In this document: positions 49,206-60,085 of the stretch, piece after piece | Layout of the letters: every line of letters starts with the position of its first letter | Numbering within the stretch: the stretch's first letter is position 1 | Program-made: the position numbers and the translations under genes | Notes under the pieces: generated by a model | What the model was told of the DNA's origin: nothing | Database searches by the model: none | Seen by the model: only the letters and a program-made list of their open reading frames with translations | Origin: an uncultured Methanosarcinaceae archaeon | GTDB lineage: Archaea; Halobacteriota; Methanosarcinia; Methanosarcinales; Methanosarcinaceae | Reading direction: 5' to 3' | DNA: 64,000 bases | Assembly: GCA_963733675.1 (NCBI GenBank) | Contig: CAVTET010000001.1 | Span: 512,001-576,000, forward strand

Positions 49206-50483
49206 TCAGCCGAGGATTTTCTTCATGGTTGCAGACACCCCTAATGCCACTCCTTCGACTTCAATGCCTCCTTTTCCTTTTGCGCCGTCTCCTACTACGT
49301 AAAGTTCTGGAATAGGGGTCTCATTACCTGGATCCATGCCTGAGGCTGCCCTATTCACAGGCCAACCGTCATGGTATGACTGAATGAGTAAAACTTCATA
49401 TTTTTTGCCTGGGAAGATTTCTTTAAGATCTTCAAGACCTAATTCGATTTCAACCCTTAGATTTTTCAGGTTCTCAGGGGCTATGTGCTGGTGGGACATT
49501 GTAAGGTGTTTGCCTGGTGGAGCCAAATTTGGGTCAACATGCGTAACTTCATTAATTCCATTTACCCTTTTTGCATATGGAGTTAGCAGGATTCCGGAAT
49601 GCCCTATCAGAGGCTCATCTGCAGCAAGACAAATCTTTATTCCAGCAGAGGGCTTTAGGACCTCAAGCATTTTGAGGTAACTGGAGTATGTTTTATCTAA
49701 AAGAGCTTCACTGCAAAGAAAGGCAGTTGCTACATGCCCAAGATTACTGATGATCAGATTTGCTTCATATGCCCGATCTCCAGCAATAATGCCTGCTGCT
49801 CTTCCGTTTTCCACAAGGATTTTCGAGACTTCGGTTTTATTATAAATCCTTCCACCATTTGCAATAATTACAGCTTCTAGGGCATCTATAACTCCTTTGC
49901 AGCCTCCAATTGGTACGCCTGGACCACCGAATCTATAGATGTTTTCAATCATTTCAAAAAATTCTTCCAAAGGGACACTGTCACTTTTTAGACTAAGGGA
50001 CCAGCCGCAGAAGGAGTCTGCAAGTCTCAAAAGCCATTCATCATTAAATTGATTCTTGATCCACGCTTTCAAATTGCTTCCATCAGGGCGGTTTTTTCTC
50101 GTACTCACAATAAGTAGAGCAATTTTCAGGCGGTCTTTGTTTGAAAGAGGTGTGAAAAACTTGTTGAAAAAAATGTCCTTGAAGCCTTTCCTGTAATTAG
50201 GATTACTTTTTTCTAGAGGTATCCGTATGGTTGGCTGTTCTGATCGAATAATCTGCACATCAGCATTTACTTCCTTTAAAAATTGGGTTAAAGGTCCTGT
50301 GGGTCCATGAGGAAGTGTATGTAAAGCTCCGCTGGAAAGCTGGAAGCCTCTGTAATTGAGATTTGTAAATCTTCCTCCAGTGATTGGAAGTCTCTCAAAA
50401 ACTTCTACTTGGTATCCTACCTGTGAAAGTTTAGCGGCACTTAAGAGTCCTCCTAAACCGGCACCAATAATAATCGCTTTCAC
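49206..50483 (-). CDS. NAD(P)/FAD-dependent oxidoreductase, phytoene desaturase family
   Basis: N-terminal IIGAGLGGL...E Rossmann motif, GGRFT, LYVVGDG. Confidence 0.88.
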   Translation of the reverse strand: MKAIIIGAGLGGLLSAAKLSQVGYQVEVFERLPITGGRFTNLNYRGFQLSSGALHTLPHGPTGPLTQFLKEVNADVQIIRSEQPTIRIPLEKSNPNYRKGFKDIFFNKFFTPLSNKDRLKIALLIVSTRKNRPDGSNLKAWIKNQFNDEWLLRLADSFCGWSLSLKSDSVPLEEFFEMIENIYRFGGPGVPIGGCKGVIDALEAVIIANGGRIYNKTEVSKILVENGRAAGIIAGDRAYEANLIISNLGHVATAFLCSEALLDKTYSSYLKMLEVLKPSAGIKICLAADEPLIGHSGILLTPYAKRVNGINEVTHVDPNLAPPGKHLTMSHQHIAPENLKNLRVEIELGLEDLKEIFPGKKYEVLLIQSYHDGWPVNRAASGMDPGNETPIPELYVVGDGAKGKGGIEVEGVALGVSATMKKILG

Positions 50484-50641
50484 ACAGATACCTCTATAGC
50501 CTTAACCGGGCAGTACATAAAACATATCTCACATCCTATACATGCAGCAGTCGCTGTTGCCTTTCCTTTTACCTCTATCGCTCCCTGATTGCAAAAAGAA
50601 ACACACTGACCGCATCCTACACAGTTATTATTAATTTTCAT
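50480..50641 (-). CDS. 2x[4Fe-4S] ferredoxin (53 aa, below the ORF-track cutoff)
   Basis: MKINNNCVGCGQCVSFC...CIGCEICFMYCPVKAIEVSV*; the stop overlaps the GTG of the oxidoreductase. Confidence 0.9.
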   Translation of the reverse strand: MKINNNCVGCGQCVSFCNQGAIEVKGKATATAACIGCEICFMYCPVKAIEVSV

Positions 50642-51758
50642 TCGATTCTACCAGCTTTTTTATCGTTATTTTAATATATTGTTCAATGTGTAGCTTGCTG
50701 TTTTTATTAAGATCAATTTCTTAGGCATGTTTTCATCCCTGCAGTTAATACGATAATTATCATGTAATCGATAATATGTAATTTATTTATTCCCTATAAA
50801 CATATAGTAATGTAGGTATGTTGGTATTTGCTATCAGTTTATTTATATTTGTTATTCTGGCCCCAAGTTATTGAAAAGAAATTTTGATCATTAATAGAGG
50901 ATTATAGATAAATCCCTAAGTTTTGTCATATGCCTGTAAATGGCATATAATGACTCATGAAAATCAGAGGTTCATCAAAATTCTCAAAAATTTATATATA
51001 TTCATCTTGAAGTATCAAGATAAGTAAAATCATACTTTCTAAAACTTAGATTTTCCACTTAGAAAATATTTATTCAAATTCCCGGTTTTTGCTTCATGCC
51101 TCAAGATGTAACAGGAAGAACAAAAATATTTCTCTTCAGGTCGCGTGCAGTTTACGGAAATCTGACCTTAAAGAAAGGTAATTCATCTTTTTTAGATCAT
51201 CTCCAGCTTAAATCTTATGAATGCTTGAACTCATAAGAAACTAAAATGAGTGCCTTAAACATCTAATTTGTTTCACACTTAGAGGGATTTTTTGGTTGGT
51301 CAAAATTTAGTCAAGTGTGTGAATAAAAGCCAAAATAGTTCACTATATTTATTAAGATTTATTGTTTAGTTAATAAATTTGTGAAGAGAAAATTAAAGGA
51401 AAAAGTTATATTATTTGTACTAAAGTAAATATATATAATATATTATTTTGTGGTTCATTTAATTGATTTTGGTTTTTAATGGTTAATTTTAGATGAATTT
51501 TTTTGAAGTTATAAAGAAGTCCTCAAAAAATTAATTTTATTTTTTTATAATTTACTTTAGACGTTGAGAAGTAGATAAGAATTTAGTTATCAAATAATTT
51601 AATATTATCTATAGTACTCTATACTACTCTATATCTCCTTTTTTATTTGTACTGTAACATACTCACACGCAACGTTCTGGATAACTTAGAGCAGGCGCAA
51701 TATAATAAAAGCCCTTAATGCTCGACTAGTTTTTCTCTTATTAAGCTTTTACTTCTTT

Positions 51759-52044
51759 CTATTCTATTCTTTCTATTTTTTTTCTTTGTTGACAAAGGGT
51801 TTGCTAATTTTCTCTGGCAACCAACTAGGCCTATTTTCGGGAGCTTTTACAATTTGTTTCCATGCTTTGGAAACGTGTACCTCCTTTGTTCCACTCCCCT
51901 GAGGCGGATAATTTCCGGTTTTGATTTTGTCCCTTTAGTCTGGTTTGTAGCTTTTAGTGTAGCCTGACGAGATGTTTTCCATTGAAAAAAACCATGCTCA
52001 TTTCCGTCTTCGGCTCGTAAAACTACATTTTTCGCACTAGCTAT
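51759..52044 (-). pseudogene. Chromosomal protein MC1 pseudogene
   Basis: VLRAEDGNEHG...RQATLKATN..GTKSKPEIIRLR, then in another frame GTKEVHVSKAWKQIVKAPENRPSWLPEKISKPFV. The start reads ATA after a GAGGTGA RBS; frameshifts near 51895 and 51780. Confidence 0.85.
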
Positions 52045-52539
52045 AATAGTCACCTCGAATATTAGTTGCTAGACATTGATTATGTTTTCAGGGATATCTG
52101 ATTTTCTTTGGATGTTGCCTGTAGTTATTGCTTTATCACAATTTATATTTTCAGGTAATAACTGAATTTTAATCCATCGTTGGCAAATAGATTCTATATA
52201 ATTATGTATAGACTGTAAAATCAGATTGTAAGTCTTTGGGGATAGACAATTTTGTAGGTTTGAAGCTAGCTAGAAAAGACTTAATCCTTGAAGATTCTAC
52301 AAACCTCTTGTCTATAATTATTACTTTGTTTAATATAATCTACTACGGGTGTAAAACGACTATGAACAACGGAATTTGTCTTTTTTAATATCTTTTTGAA
52401 ACTACAATTGACCGTAGGCGCAAAGTAAACCACATTAATTGCTTTCTTATTTACCTGCATCGTCCTATTCAGTCAAAGAGCAAACAGAAGGTAGATTATT
52501 GAAACTTTCTATCCAATATTCTATTAAGCGCAAAAAGAT

Positions 52540-53237
52540 AGAAACAGTGCTATCAACATAGAGATTGCCTGTAAAGAAGAAATTCACCACAGGATTAAAG
52601 AATAATTTACAGCTAATAGCTTTACTTATTGACCTTCAGGCTGATAAATTCAAAAGTAAAATAGGAGTGATGAGTTCAGAAATCATAGATGTTTCAGGGA
52701 AAGTCAGGATAGAGTAGTATCTATGGCTCTTATTCATGAAGAATTATACAAAGGTGAGAAGTTCGAAGATCTGGATTTTGTACCATACATTAAGAAGTTC
52801 AATCAAAATCTTTTCTAGACTTATAAGCTTGTAAATACAACTATAAGCTTAAACATACATCTGGAAGATGACCTTTTCTTTGATATGGATACTGCAATCT
52901 CATTAGGAATGGTTGTTAATGAACTTATTTCGAACTCCTTAAAACATACATTTCCAGGCTGAGATCACGGAGAAATCCAAATCAAATTATGCCGTGGAAA
53001 AACAGAAGAATGTATAAACCGCAGAGAAGAAAACAAGAATGAAAATTGTAATACTACCAGTATCATTATGATCATCTCAGATGATGGAGTAGGTATACCT
53101 GCAAATCTTGAGATTGTAGATATTGAAAGTATCGGATTCCAGCTGGTAACTTTCTTATGGATCAGTTAGATGGGGAACTTGAACTTAAAAGGAACGATGG
53201 GACTGAATTCACTATGAACTTCACAGTAAAAGAATAA
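52540..53237 (+). pseudogene. HisKA_2/HATPase sensor kinase remnant
   Basis: [59 protein letters not shown]; multiple stops and frameshifts. Confidence 0.8.
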
Positions 53238-53426
53238 AAGCAAGCATAAATTATGTTTGACAGCAATGCCTATTACATTTGATTTTATCCATCAAGTGCG
53301 TACTATAAGGGGAGTTCAAAATAGCTATCAACATCCTTGGTCTAATTTGACAACTTTGTCTTTAAAAATATAACGCTTGTTAATATTTTCTGGAATCTTC
53401 AAATTGCAGACTCTCGGAGAGATACT

Positions 53427-53700
53427 CTATTTTCGAGTCCAGGTCCCTAGCAACAACGAGAGTTTCGGGGTTTCTGTAGGGGGCCAGAAGACTGTCATCT
53501 CGTCATACGACAAATGTACACCGTCTGGTTGCTCATCCACCAGAATTGTAATCTGAGCATAGGATAATGCATCTGAAAAATGCTTTTTCATTTCTTTCAT
53601 GATGAACGTATTGCCGATTATCGCTACGACCACGATTGCAGTAGCACTGCTCGTCCGTACAAGGAACTCAGAATGGCAGTTCCATAGAAAGGAGCAGAAG
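53427..53700 (-). pseudogene. DUF302-like protein remnant
   Basis: IIGN...MKKH..DALSYAQITILVDEQPDGVHLSYDEM segment; broken frame. Confidence 0.5.
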
Positions 53701-53946
53701 GAAAAGATGCTACGATTGCCTAGATTGCGGCAGATCCTAAATTAAGGTAATAGATAACCTTACCGAGCATAATGGTCACAACTTAAATGCCGATCCTACT
53801 TTCTAACCATTACAAGGAAAAAGGGGCCTGTTGGAGAAGCAAGTAGTTGCTTGTGGTAACTGTTCCAACAAACAGGGTTGCATGGAGGGCAAAATCGAGA
53901 ACAAGCTCATATATTCCGTTTATCGGATTACTGTCAAATTTTTTGC

Positions 53947-55498
53947 TCATCGGGAAATATATCCAATCAAAAGGACAATGAAAACAGATACTACGATCGC
54001 AACTTTAGCGCCGTAGCTTTCAGCTAACTTGACGAAGTCTGGGTTTTCGAAGTCGATGTGCAAGTGGTGCCCGAACTCAATATCCATTTTCCATTTGATC
54101 AGGCTGTAGCTCCCATCCACCCATACCAGCACGACAATAGGTATTTTTTCGCGCACTGCTGTCTCTGGTTCCTGCGAGTTCATGAGAAACCCGGCGTCAC
54201 CCGCAACCGCGAGAACTTTTCGCTCAGGGTAGGCAAGTTTCGCACTAATTGCACCTGGAAACGCAAAGGCCATGGTTGAGAGACCGTTGGAAATAAGGCA
54301 CGTGTTTGGCCGATACGTGGGGTAAAGACGGGCCATCCACATCTTGACTGCACCTGTGTCAACGAGTAAGATATCTTCTTCACCCCAATGCAGTTCTGAT
54401 ATCTGCGACGATTCTCTGGGGCTTGAGAGGATATGAGTTGTCTTCTCTTCCCCTCTCCAACTCTTCCCATATAAGGTGAGTGATCTTGGTATCTATTGGG
54501 CTCAATCCCGGTGTCGCCTTAACTTCTTGAGACAGGGTGTCGAAAGACTCTGAAATACTGCCTTCGATGCCGACCATAACGTGGTAGTGAGCGTCGACTC
54601 TTGCTGGATAGCGATGAATATGGATAATCTGCTTATCCCCTTTTGGATTGATTCTCACAGGATCAAATTCTTGCAGATCATAGCCGACGCATATAACTAC
54701 GTCAGCCTGGTCGAAGCCAAAATTGACGTAGTCATGGAGCATAAATCCTGCAGCGCCCAGAGAATTAGGATGATTGTCCGGAAAGACGCCTTTGCCCATA
54801 AAGGTCGTCGCTACCGATATCCTGAGGCGCTCTGAGATATGGATTAGCGCTTCACTGGCATGATCACGTACGGTGCCATGCTCCACCAGAACAATTGGTT
54901 TTTTTGCAGCTTCTAAGACTTTGACAGCTCTTGCTATCTGAGTGGCGGATGGAGAGGAATCATGAACGATATTAATCTCGAGTGAGTGGTATCCTTCGGG
55001 AGCTGGCAAGCTTTCGACATCTTGTGGAAAGGCTAGATACACGGCTCCAGGCCGCTCTGTCTGAGCTTGCTTGAAGGCACTTCGAACCATTTATGGTATT
55101 GCCTCTGCGGATTGGATCAGGGCGGCCCACTTTGTAAGCGGTTTGAACATGCTTACCAGGTCAACGATTTGGTGAGATTCTTTGTAGATGCGATTCAGGC
55201 CTACCTGTGCGCTGATTGCGACGAGTGGCACGCTATCGGTATTGGCATCAGCCGTGCCGAGCATAAGATTAATCGCTCCCCGTCCGAGCGTCGCGATGCA
55301 CACTCCTGGCTGACCAGTGAGACGGCCATAGATATCTGTCATGAAAGAAGCGGCTTGCTCGTGACTGGTAAGGATGAAACGAATGGACGATTCGTTAAAT
55401 GCATCGATCATACGGATATTTTCCTCTCCGGGTATACCAAAGATGTATATGACATCCTTGTTTTCCAAACATCGCACAAAAAATTGTGCGGCATTCAT
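53947..55498 (-). pseudogene. Acetolactate synthase large subunit (TPP enzyme) pseudogene
   Basis: MNAAQFFVRCLE...FGIPGEEN...HEQAASF; ERPGAVYL; SNGLSTMAFAFPGA...GDAGFLMN. Frameshifts near 55090 and 54380, and a deleted C-terminus. Confidence 0.88.
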
Positions 55499-55619
55499 GG
55501 GGAGCTTGATGCAATTCTTTACCGCAAAAGTCTCTTCACTATGTTCCATGAGATTTAAACCTTTTATTTATAAATCGTTTGATGCAAGGTATCTAGTGAG
55601 AATACATCTGGATCGACCT

Positions 55620-56039
55620 AGGCATTGATGCTAACCCAGTAAAAGGCGGCACGCCTTCAGTGATCTGATTGAGTTCCTCGAGCTCAGTTCGCTGAGTCTC
55701 TCTATTGTTTATAGTCGACCCATAAGCAGCAATTTCTCAGGATGCACCCGCGATTTTGGATCATCGACACGGCTCTTTAAGATGATCGGAACCTTAAAGC
55801 CGAGTACGACTTCGGCCATCCATTCATTCTGAGGATTCAATTTGTTTCGCCAGCATGTTTCCAAATTCGAGTAAAGTACGACATGGTATCAGCTTTTCCA
55901 TATTATGAATTTTTGTTTTCAACCATTGTATTTTCATATCCATTCTCATTACTGCAACTTTCCTTTCCTGTTCTTCATTTAGAAGTGCCTAAAACTCAGG
56001 TATTGGGCCAGCATGCATAATTGAATTTTCTTCGCATAT
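55620..56039 (-). pseudogene. Fused remnants of a small hypothetical protein (ATA start, internal TAG) and a phosphate acetyl/butyryltransferase-like C-terminus
   Basis: CEENSIMHAGPIPEF*ALLNEEQERKVAVMRMDMKIQW..., then MAEVVLGFKVPIILKSRVDD (family: G.VLGA.VPIILTSRAD). Confidence 0.4.
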
Positions 56040-56366
56040 GTTTAATTACCTTTTCATGTATGTTCACAGAACAAAATTTTGGATCGGGTCCTTGAATCAA
56101 TAATCAAATATGAAAAAGAAGTATATCTCCCATTTTGGAAAATGTAGAGTGAATCTTGAATTTACGATTTTCAACAATATATAATCACGAGCAATTCTGT
56201 CTCATGAACAACTTGATTTCTTTAACAAAATTTCATTGTAAAAGAAATGTATCCCTTTAATATCTTTTTAGTATATAGTATAAATATATATAGAGAATTT
56301 CAATGAACCCTAATTTTTGGTTGATTGCCTATAAAAAGAATGTAAGCAATTTGTTAAAATCGAAGA

Positions 56367-56763
56367 TTTATCGGAATTATCTGCAATTACCCCTCTACTA
56401 ACACATCCAATCGGTCATCCCTCACTCTTTGACTATTTACCTGTCCACTTTTAACTGTAATGCTATATTTATCTCCTTTGTTTTTTAAATTAATTATACA
56501 AAAAATAGTTTCTTAATAAAAATTACTGCCCCCTCAAATATTTTAAAACCAAAACATAATTAATATAAAATTAGTTCTTAGCTTTAAAAGATTCTATAGT
56601 GAAGTAATTTTTATTAAGAAACTATTTTTTGTATAATTAATTTAAAAAACAAAGGAGATAAATATAGCATTACAGTTAAAAGTGGACAGGTAAATAGTCA
56701 AAGAGTGAGGGATGACCGATTGGATGTGTTAGTAGAGGGGTAATTGCAGATAATTCCGATAAA
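56367..56763. repeat. Perfect 161-bp inverted repeat flanking a 75-bp spacer
   Basis: 56367-56527 is the exact reverse complement of 56603-56763 (checked in 10-nt blocks); diverged homology continues ~45 bp further out. Confidence 0.95.
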
Positions 56764-57025
56764 CCTTCAATTTTTTACAACTGGCCATTAATGACTTTTC
56801 GGATAGGCTCTAAGTCTACGAGGAGGACTATATGGAGCATCAAACTCGAATTGTCACATAATACATATGAGCTTCAGGATGCAGTGAAGAATGGCGACGC
56901 ACATATTACCGTCAAAGGCGAAATTCGCAGAAAAAAATTCGAACAGGATTCTCGCGAGAAAAAAAATCATAAGTAAAGTGGAATTCTCATTAATTCCTGC
57001 AATGTTATCAAAGGAGATTTTACCA

Positions 57026-57670
57026 ATGGTTGAAGAGGAATGTATTAGTTTTCCGACACTGGGTGAACCTGCACCGGACTTTGAAGCCGAGACCACTCAG
57101 GGTCCGATAAAACTCTCTGACCTGAAAGGGAAATGGGTGATACTGTTTTCGCATCCCTCAGATTTCACCCCGGTTTGTACAACGGAATTCATAGCTTTTG
57201 CCGAGATTCACGCTGAACTTGCAGCTCTCAACGTGAAGTTGATCGGGCTGTCTGTAGATAGCATTTCATCTCACCTCGCCTGGGTACGTAACATCAAGGA
57301 AAAGATGAGTGTCACCATCCAGTTCCCGATCATTGCCGATCTGAACATGAAAGTGGCAAAGAAGTATGGTATGATACACCCGGCACAGAACTCGACCGCA
57401 GCAGTCAGGTGTGTATTCTTCATCGATGACAAGGGGATCATGCGGGCGATGATTTACTACCCGCTGCAGAATGGGCGGTTCCTGCCCGAGGTCATCAGGC
57501 TCGTAAAAGCGCTCCAGACGACTGACAAATACAAGGTATCGACGCCGGCCAACTGGCAGCCGGGCGACAACGTTGTCGTGGCCCCGCCGAAGACCGCAGC
57601 CGAGATGGACAAGCGATTAGACGAAGGATGCGAGTGCAAAGACTGGTATCTATGTTTTAAAAAAATATGA
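57026..57670 (+). CDS. Peroxiredoxin (Prx6/AhpC-TSA family)
   Basis: FSHPSDFTPVCTTEF, GLSVDS, TPANWQPG and C-terminal CKDWYLC; AAGGAG RBS before ATG 57026. Confidence 0.93.
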   Translation: MVEEECISFPTLGEPAPDFEAETTQGPIKLSDLKGKWVILFSHPSDFTPVCTTEFIAFAEIHAELAALNVKLIGLSVDSISSHLAWVRNIKEKMSVTIQFPIIADLNMKVAKKYGMIHPAQNSTAAVRCVFFIDDKGIMRAMIYYPLQNGRFLPEVIRLVKALQTTDKYKVSTPANWQPGDNVVVAPPKTAAEMDKRLDEGCECKDWYLCFKKI

Positions 57671-57805
57671 GAGTAGAAGGTGTTTCAACCTCGTTAAACT
57701 TGCCTGATCCTGATAAATGCCAGTTTATAAAATGGCACAGTGGTTCATCCAAGGACTCTCTTTATCAGATATTTCAGGGGCAAGCTCATTAATGGAGATC
57801 TGAGC

Positions 57806-59558
57806 ATGAGTAATATGAGTAATAAATCTGGAAGGAAGGCAAATGAAGGCACTAAAGCTGATGTAATTCTCACAAATGGCCGAATTGCCACACTGGACAA
57901 ACGTAACATGTTTGTTTCATCTATGGCCATTTGTGATGGTCATATCATCACTGTCGGTGATGAAGGGGATACGAAGGAAAATTGGTCCCCTGGCACCAGA
58001 GTTATTGATGTGCATTGACTGTTGTTCCTGGGCTTAACGACTCGCACGTTCATGTAGTTCGTGCAGGTCTCAATTACAACATGGAGCTTCGATGGGATGG
58101 TGTGCCGACATTAGCTGAGGCTCTTCGGAGGTTACGAGACCAGGCCAGACGGACGCCGCCGGAAGAGTGGGTTCGCGTCGTGGGAGGCTGGTCTGAATTC
58201 CAGTTCGCTGAGCGCAGGACGCCGACGCTGACAGAGATCAACGAAGCGGTGCCTGAACAAACTGGCCTTTGTCCTATCTGTACCATAGTGCCATGCTCAA
58301 CCGGTTGGGGAGTGGCAGACGTGGGCTACAATCGAGATACACCAGATCCTCCTGGCGGTGTGATTGAGCGTGACGAAGAAGGTAATCCCATAGGTCTCTT
58401 TTTCGCTAAGCCGAATGCGAACATTCTGTACTCGACACTTGCCAAAGGACCTAAGCTCAGCTATAGCGATCAATTAAATTCCACCCGGCAATTTTTGTGG
58501 GAGCTCAACCGTTTTGGGGTCACTAGTGTCAGAGATGCAGGTGGTGGCTCCCAGAACTTTCCTGAGGATTATACCGTTATTGGCGATCTGGCAAAGCGAG
58601 GTCTGCTTATTGTCCGAGTAGCCTATAATCTGTTCACTCAACGTCCCAAACATGAGCTGGAGGACTTTGCTAGCTGGGTGAATATGACGAAGCCGGGTCA
58701 AGGTGATGATTTGATGATTTCTACAGGATGAACGGTGCAGGAGAGATGTTAGTATTTTCCACAGCAGATTTTGAAAATTTTAGTGAACCTCGCCCTGAGA
58801 TGGCGAACGCGATGGAGAATGAGCTGAAGGATGTAGTGGAACTCCTTTTCCGGAACTGTTGGCCTTTCCGTATCCATGCAACCTACGATGAGTCAATCAC
58901 CCGTTTCCTGAACGTTTTTGAAGAAGTGAATGATGAGACACCGTTCAATGGAATACACTGGTTCTTCGATCATGCAGAAACGATCTCTGAACAAAACATC
59001 AAACGGATTCGCAACTTGAAAGGGGGCATAGCTGTCCAAAAACGTATGGCTTTCCAATGCGAACACTTCGTCGCCCGATATGGAGATGAGGCAGCTACTC
59101 AGGCATCGTCGGTACACAGAATGATGGATATAGGTGCCTCCGTGGGTGCAGGAACATATGCGACGAGAGTATCAAGCTACAATCCGTGGCGTTCGCTGTA
59201 TTGGCCCATTACTGGCAAGTCAGTCGTAGGTGCACCCAGCTTCTCGGAGTCGGGTAGAATCGAGTGCGTATCGGCACTCGGGCTCTATAGTCAGGGAAGC
59301 GCCTGGTTCTCAAATGAGGATGAAAGGAAGGGAACGCTAGGAGTGGGGAAATTTGCTGACCTCGCAGTCTTATCTGCAGATTATTTCACGATTCCGGAGG
59401 AAGCTGTAAAGCAGATTGAATCAGTACTTACCCTTGTAGGAGGCAAGGTAGTATATGGAAGTGGAGAGTTCGAACGGCTCGCACCACCATTATCAGTCAG
59501 CACACCGTGGTCGCCTGTGACTGTATATGGCGGATACCCCCATTCACACTGTTGTTGA
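57806..59558 (+). pseudogene. YtcJ-like amidohydrolase (amidohydrolase 3) pseudogene
   Basis: ADVILTNGRIATLD, PGLNDSHVH, FRIHATY, FFDHAE, GKFADLAVLS; frameshifts near 58015, 58260-58310 and 58715. Confidence 0.85.
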
Positions 59559-60085
59559 GGGCAGCTGCATTAGATCCCCGAACATGGATCGAGATTATTG
59601 AAAAATTTATGCTCGCTTTACCAGAAATACTCAAAGTGCCATAATCTCAGACCAGTTCAGATGCATGTATATTTGGAGATGGTCATGAATAACCAGAGTT
59701 GGTTGGAGAAAACCAATGAGATGCTATCTTTGTCACTAAACGCACGGTTTTAGTCATAATTATCAAACACCTATTCTCCGGAAATAACCCACGAAGCTCA
59801 ATTAAGGGAGGAGACTGAAAGAATCGGGTCGTTTTGGGCCGGGTACCAAGGAAGAAGTATTCTTCCCATCATGATATCTCCTTGTTTCAGGTTGTACGTT
59901 TTTTCCATTCGTATGTTCCAAAAACTGACGGAGATTCCAAAACGAAAACTATAACTAACGCGCTGGAGAAAGTAATGGGTTAATGTACTTTATTTACGGG
60001 TAACTACCTTAGACCAATCATACAGAGAGTGCTTTAACCACGGTACAGCCTGAAGAACACCGAATTGAAAACGAGGCGATACTAT

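Noticed and set aside
56891-57025. Long N-terminal extension of the peroxiredoxin ORF
   Set aside because: A good RBS and the family N-terminus point to ATG 57026.
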